From Heterodontus francisci (taxonomy: Eukaryota), in assembly GCF_036365525.1 (NCBI RefSeq), contig NC_090393.1, positions 54,824,488 to 54,888,487 on the forward strand: a stretch of 64,000 bases of DNA, written 5' to 3'. The notes beneath the pieces are model-generated. The model did not search any database. It was not told the origin of the DNA and saw nothing but the letters and a program-made list of their open reading frames with translations. Positions 62,199 through 64,000 of this stretch are shown piece by piece. How positions within the stretch are numbered: position 1 is the stretch's first letter; each line of letters starts with the position of its first letter. Made by a program: the position numbers and the translations under genes.

Positions 62199-64000
62199 CT
62201 GTTTCTCTAGCCACAGATGCTGCCTGACCTGCTGAGTATTTCCAGCACTTTCAGTTTTAATTTCAGATTTCTAACATCTGCAATATTTTGCTTTTATCCC
62301 TATTTTTTTTTATTTTCTGGCCATAGTTGGTCAAAAGTTTGTCCTCTGTGTATTAATATAAAGATCAATCCTTTTCTATCTATAGTATATAGTGAAGGAT
62401 CTGGCATCATTGAGACTTGGAACATACAGAGTAAAGAACTTAATTTCTCATGTTAAATACTTTAAAAGACTTCTTTTCCATGCTCATCTTTAATAGAACG
62501 ACATCTACATAAATGCAGACAGTGGACAATAAAGTCATTAACGGCCATTAAAACCACATCAAGAAAACCAGAAAACTGCTGGATCAATTTTTAAAAATAC
62601 ATTTACCAAGCTGTTTAGACTCTGAAGAGATGTTATCTCCAAATTGAGTAAATTGGACAACTAAATCCGTTTTTCCCCTATAGCCTGATGATTATTGTTA
62701 TTGCATTTGGTTTTCATAGAGCTTTTCTTGAGGTCATTGACATATTTATGACAATCTTGACCATTCTGTTGAATTTATGAAACTGTTGAAATTAAGTACT
62801 GTCACGATCCAAGCTTTCTTGTGCCTTTTATGATGGATAAGTTAGATTTTCTGACAAAGAGAGCATAGAAGTAAGGAAACTTTATGACACAGAAGGAGTC
62901 CATTCAGCCCATTGCGTCTTAGCCTGCCGTAAAAAAGCTATTCATCCTAATATCACTTTCTAGCTCTTGTTCTGTAACCCTGTAGGTTATAACATTTCAA
63001 GATCATATCCAAATTTTTGTTAATATGATGGTTTCTGTCCCTACCACCCTTTCAGTCTGTGAGTCCCAGACCACCACCCTCTGGGTGAAAAAATTCTCCT
63101 CAACTCCCCCCTCAACCTTCTGCCAATTAATTTTAATCCAAGCCCCCTAGTTATTGACCTCTCAGCGAAGGAAAATAGGTCCTTCCTATCCACTCTATCT
63201 AGGCCCCTCTATTTTATACATGTCAATTACATTTCCCCTCTGCCTCCTCCGTTCCAAGGAAAACAATCCCAGTCTATCCAATCTTTTCTCATAGCTAAAT
63301 TTCTTAATTCCTGGCAACATCCTCATAAATTTCCTCTGTAGCTTACCACTTGATTACTGTTTGACAAGCATATGTAGTTGATTTTCAGACTTATACTTTG
63401 ACCTATATTTTCTGCCTTTTACACTCCTGTGCATTGACGTGATAAATCTGAACAATTCAAAGTAACATATGATTAATTAAACACCGTCGGTGAAATGCTG
63501 TATTTCAGAATATGCAGTGTTGATGGTTGGACATTAGTTATGAATTTATGTGTTATGTAACTATCAAAATGCCGAAATGTCCAATTGTCAGTAGGCTGAA
63601 GAGGACATTCCTAAGTGAGACGGTGATGAGCAAGTGACTGAGAGTATTGGCCCGTATTTTGCGGTCCCAATAGCACCGAACGCTGGGATGTCCATCGCTA
63701 TTGAGAATCAGAAGGAAACTGCAACTGCCTCCTGGGCTAGGTCTGAGTGCAGGGGCTGAAGATGTGTCCTTCTCTCAGTCTCCGAGTCAGTCTCGCCTCC
63801 TGTTCTAACAGCAGCAACAGTTGGTTCTTCCGCTCGTGTCTGGTGGCTTTACCCCAACCCTGAACACGCAATACCTGACTTTTGGGGCTGATCCTCATGG
63901 CGTTGGTCCTCTTCAAGCCCGAGGAGAGGTAGACTGGCTTGCTGCTGCTGTGTCTCAGGACCCCACTTGACCGCCTGTCATCTCTCAGACCCCGCAGCTC

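Larger units (their letters stand above)
60830..62296 (+). mobile_element. Penelope-like element remnant (GIY-YIG endonuclease + pseudo-LTR)
   Basis: Decayed VKQRFTCT…RCSQCGLLYIxETKRRLGDHFGEHL…CHFNS. Ends in a pLTR with a hammerhead motif. Inverted copy of its 3' end at 60590-60711. Confidence 0.8.

Overview
Eukaryotic genomic DNA, almost certainly from a shark or other cartilaginous fish (shark-type Ig light chains, HE1-like V-SINEs, shark-type CR1/Penelope repeats; species cannot be named from the window). It is part of a cluster-type immunoglobulin light-chain locus of the lambda/type II (NS3-like) class. Contents: (i) a complete, apparently functional minus-strand cluster: octamer/TATA promoter, leader 52479-52527, germline-joined V-J exon 51985-52335, C exon 47929-48251; (ii) a second minus-strand leader plus joined V-J (1740-1788, 1257-1607) whose C exon should lie beyond the left edge; (iii) an orphan, frameshifted C exon on the opposite strand (30176-30503) that is about 95% identical to the intact C in its core but only about 70% identical at both ends, the pattern of a gene-conversion tract. 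The rest is repeats: an intact 1063-aa RTE-clade LINE ORF whose apparent TSD also encloses about 0.9 kb of extra 5' sequence, a truncated RTE with a 31-bp TSD, three young CR1 copies, Penelope fragments carrying minimal hammerhead ribozyme motifs, SINEs, Harbinger and Tx1 remnants, and a heavily decayed retrovirus-like pol (RT-RH-IN). All alignments and counts were done by eye; no database searches were run.
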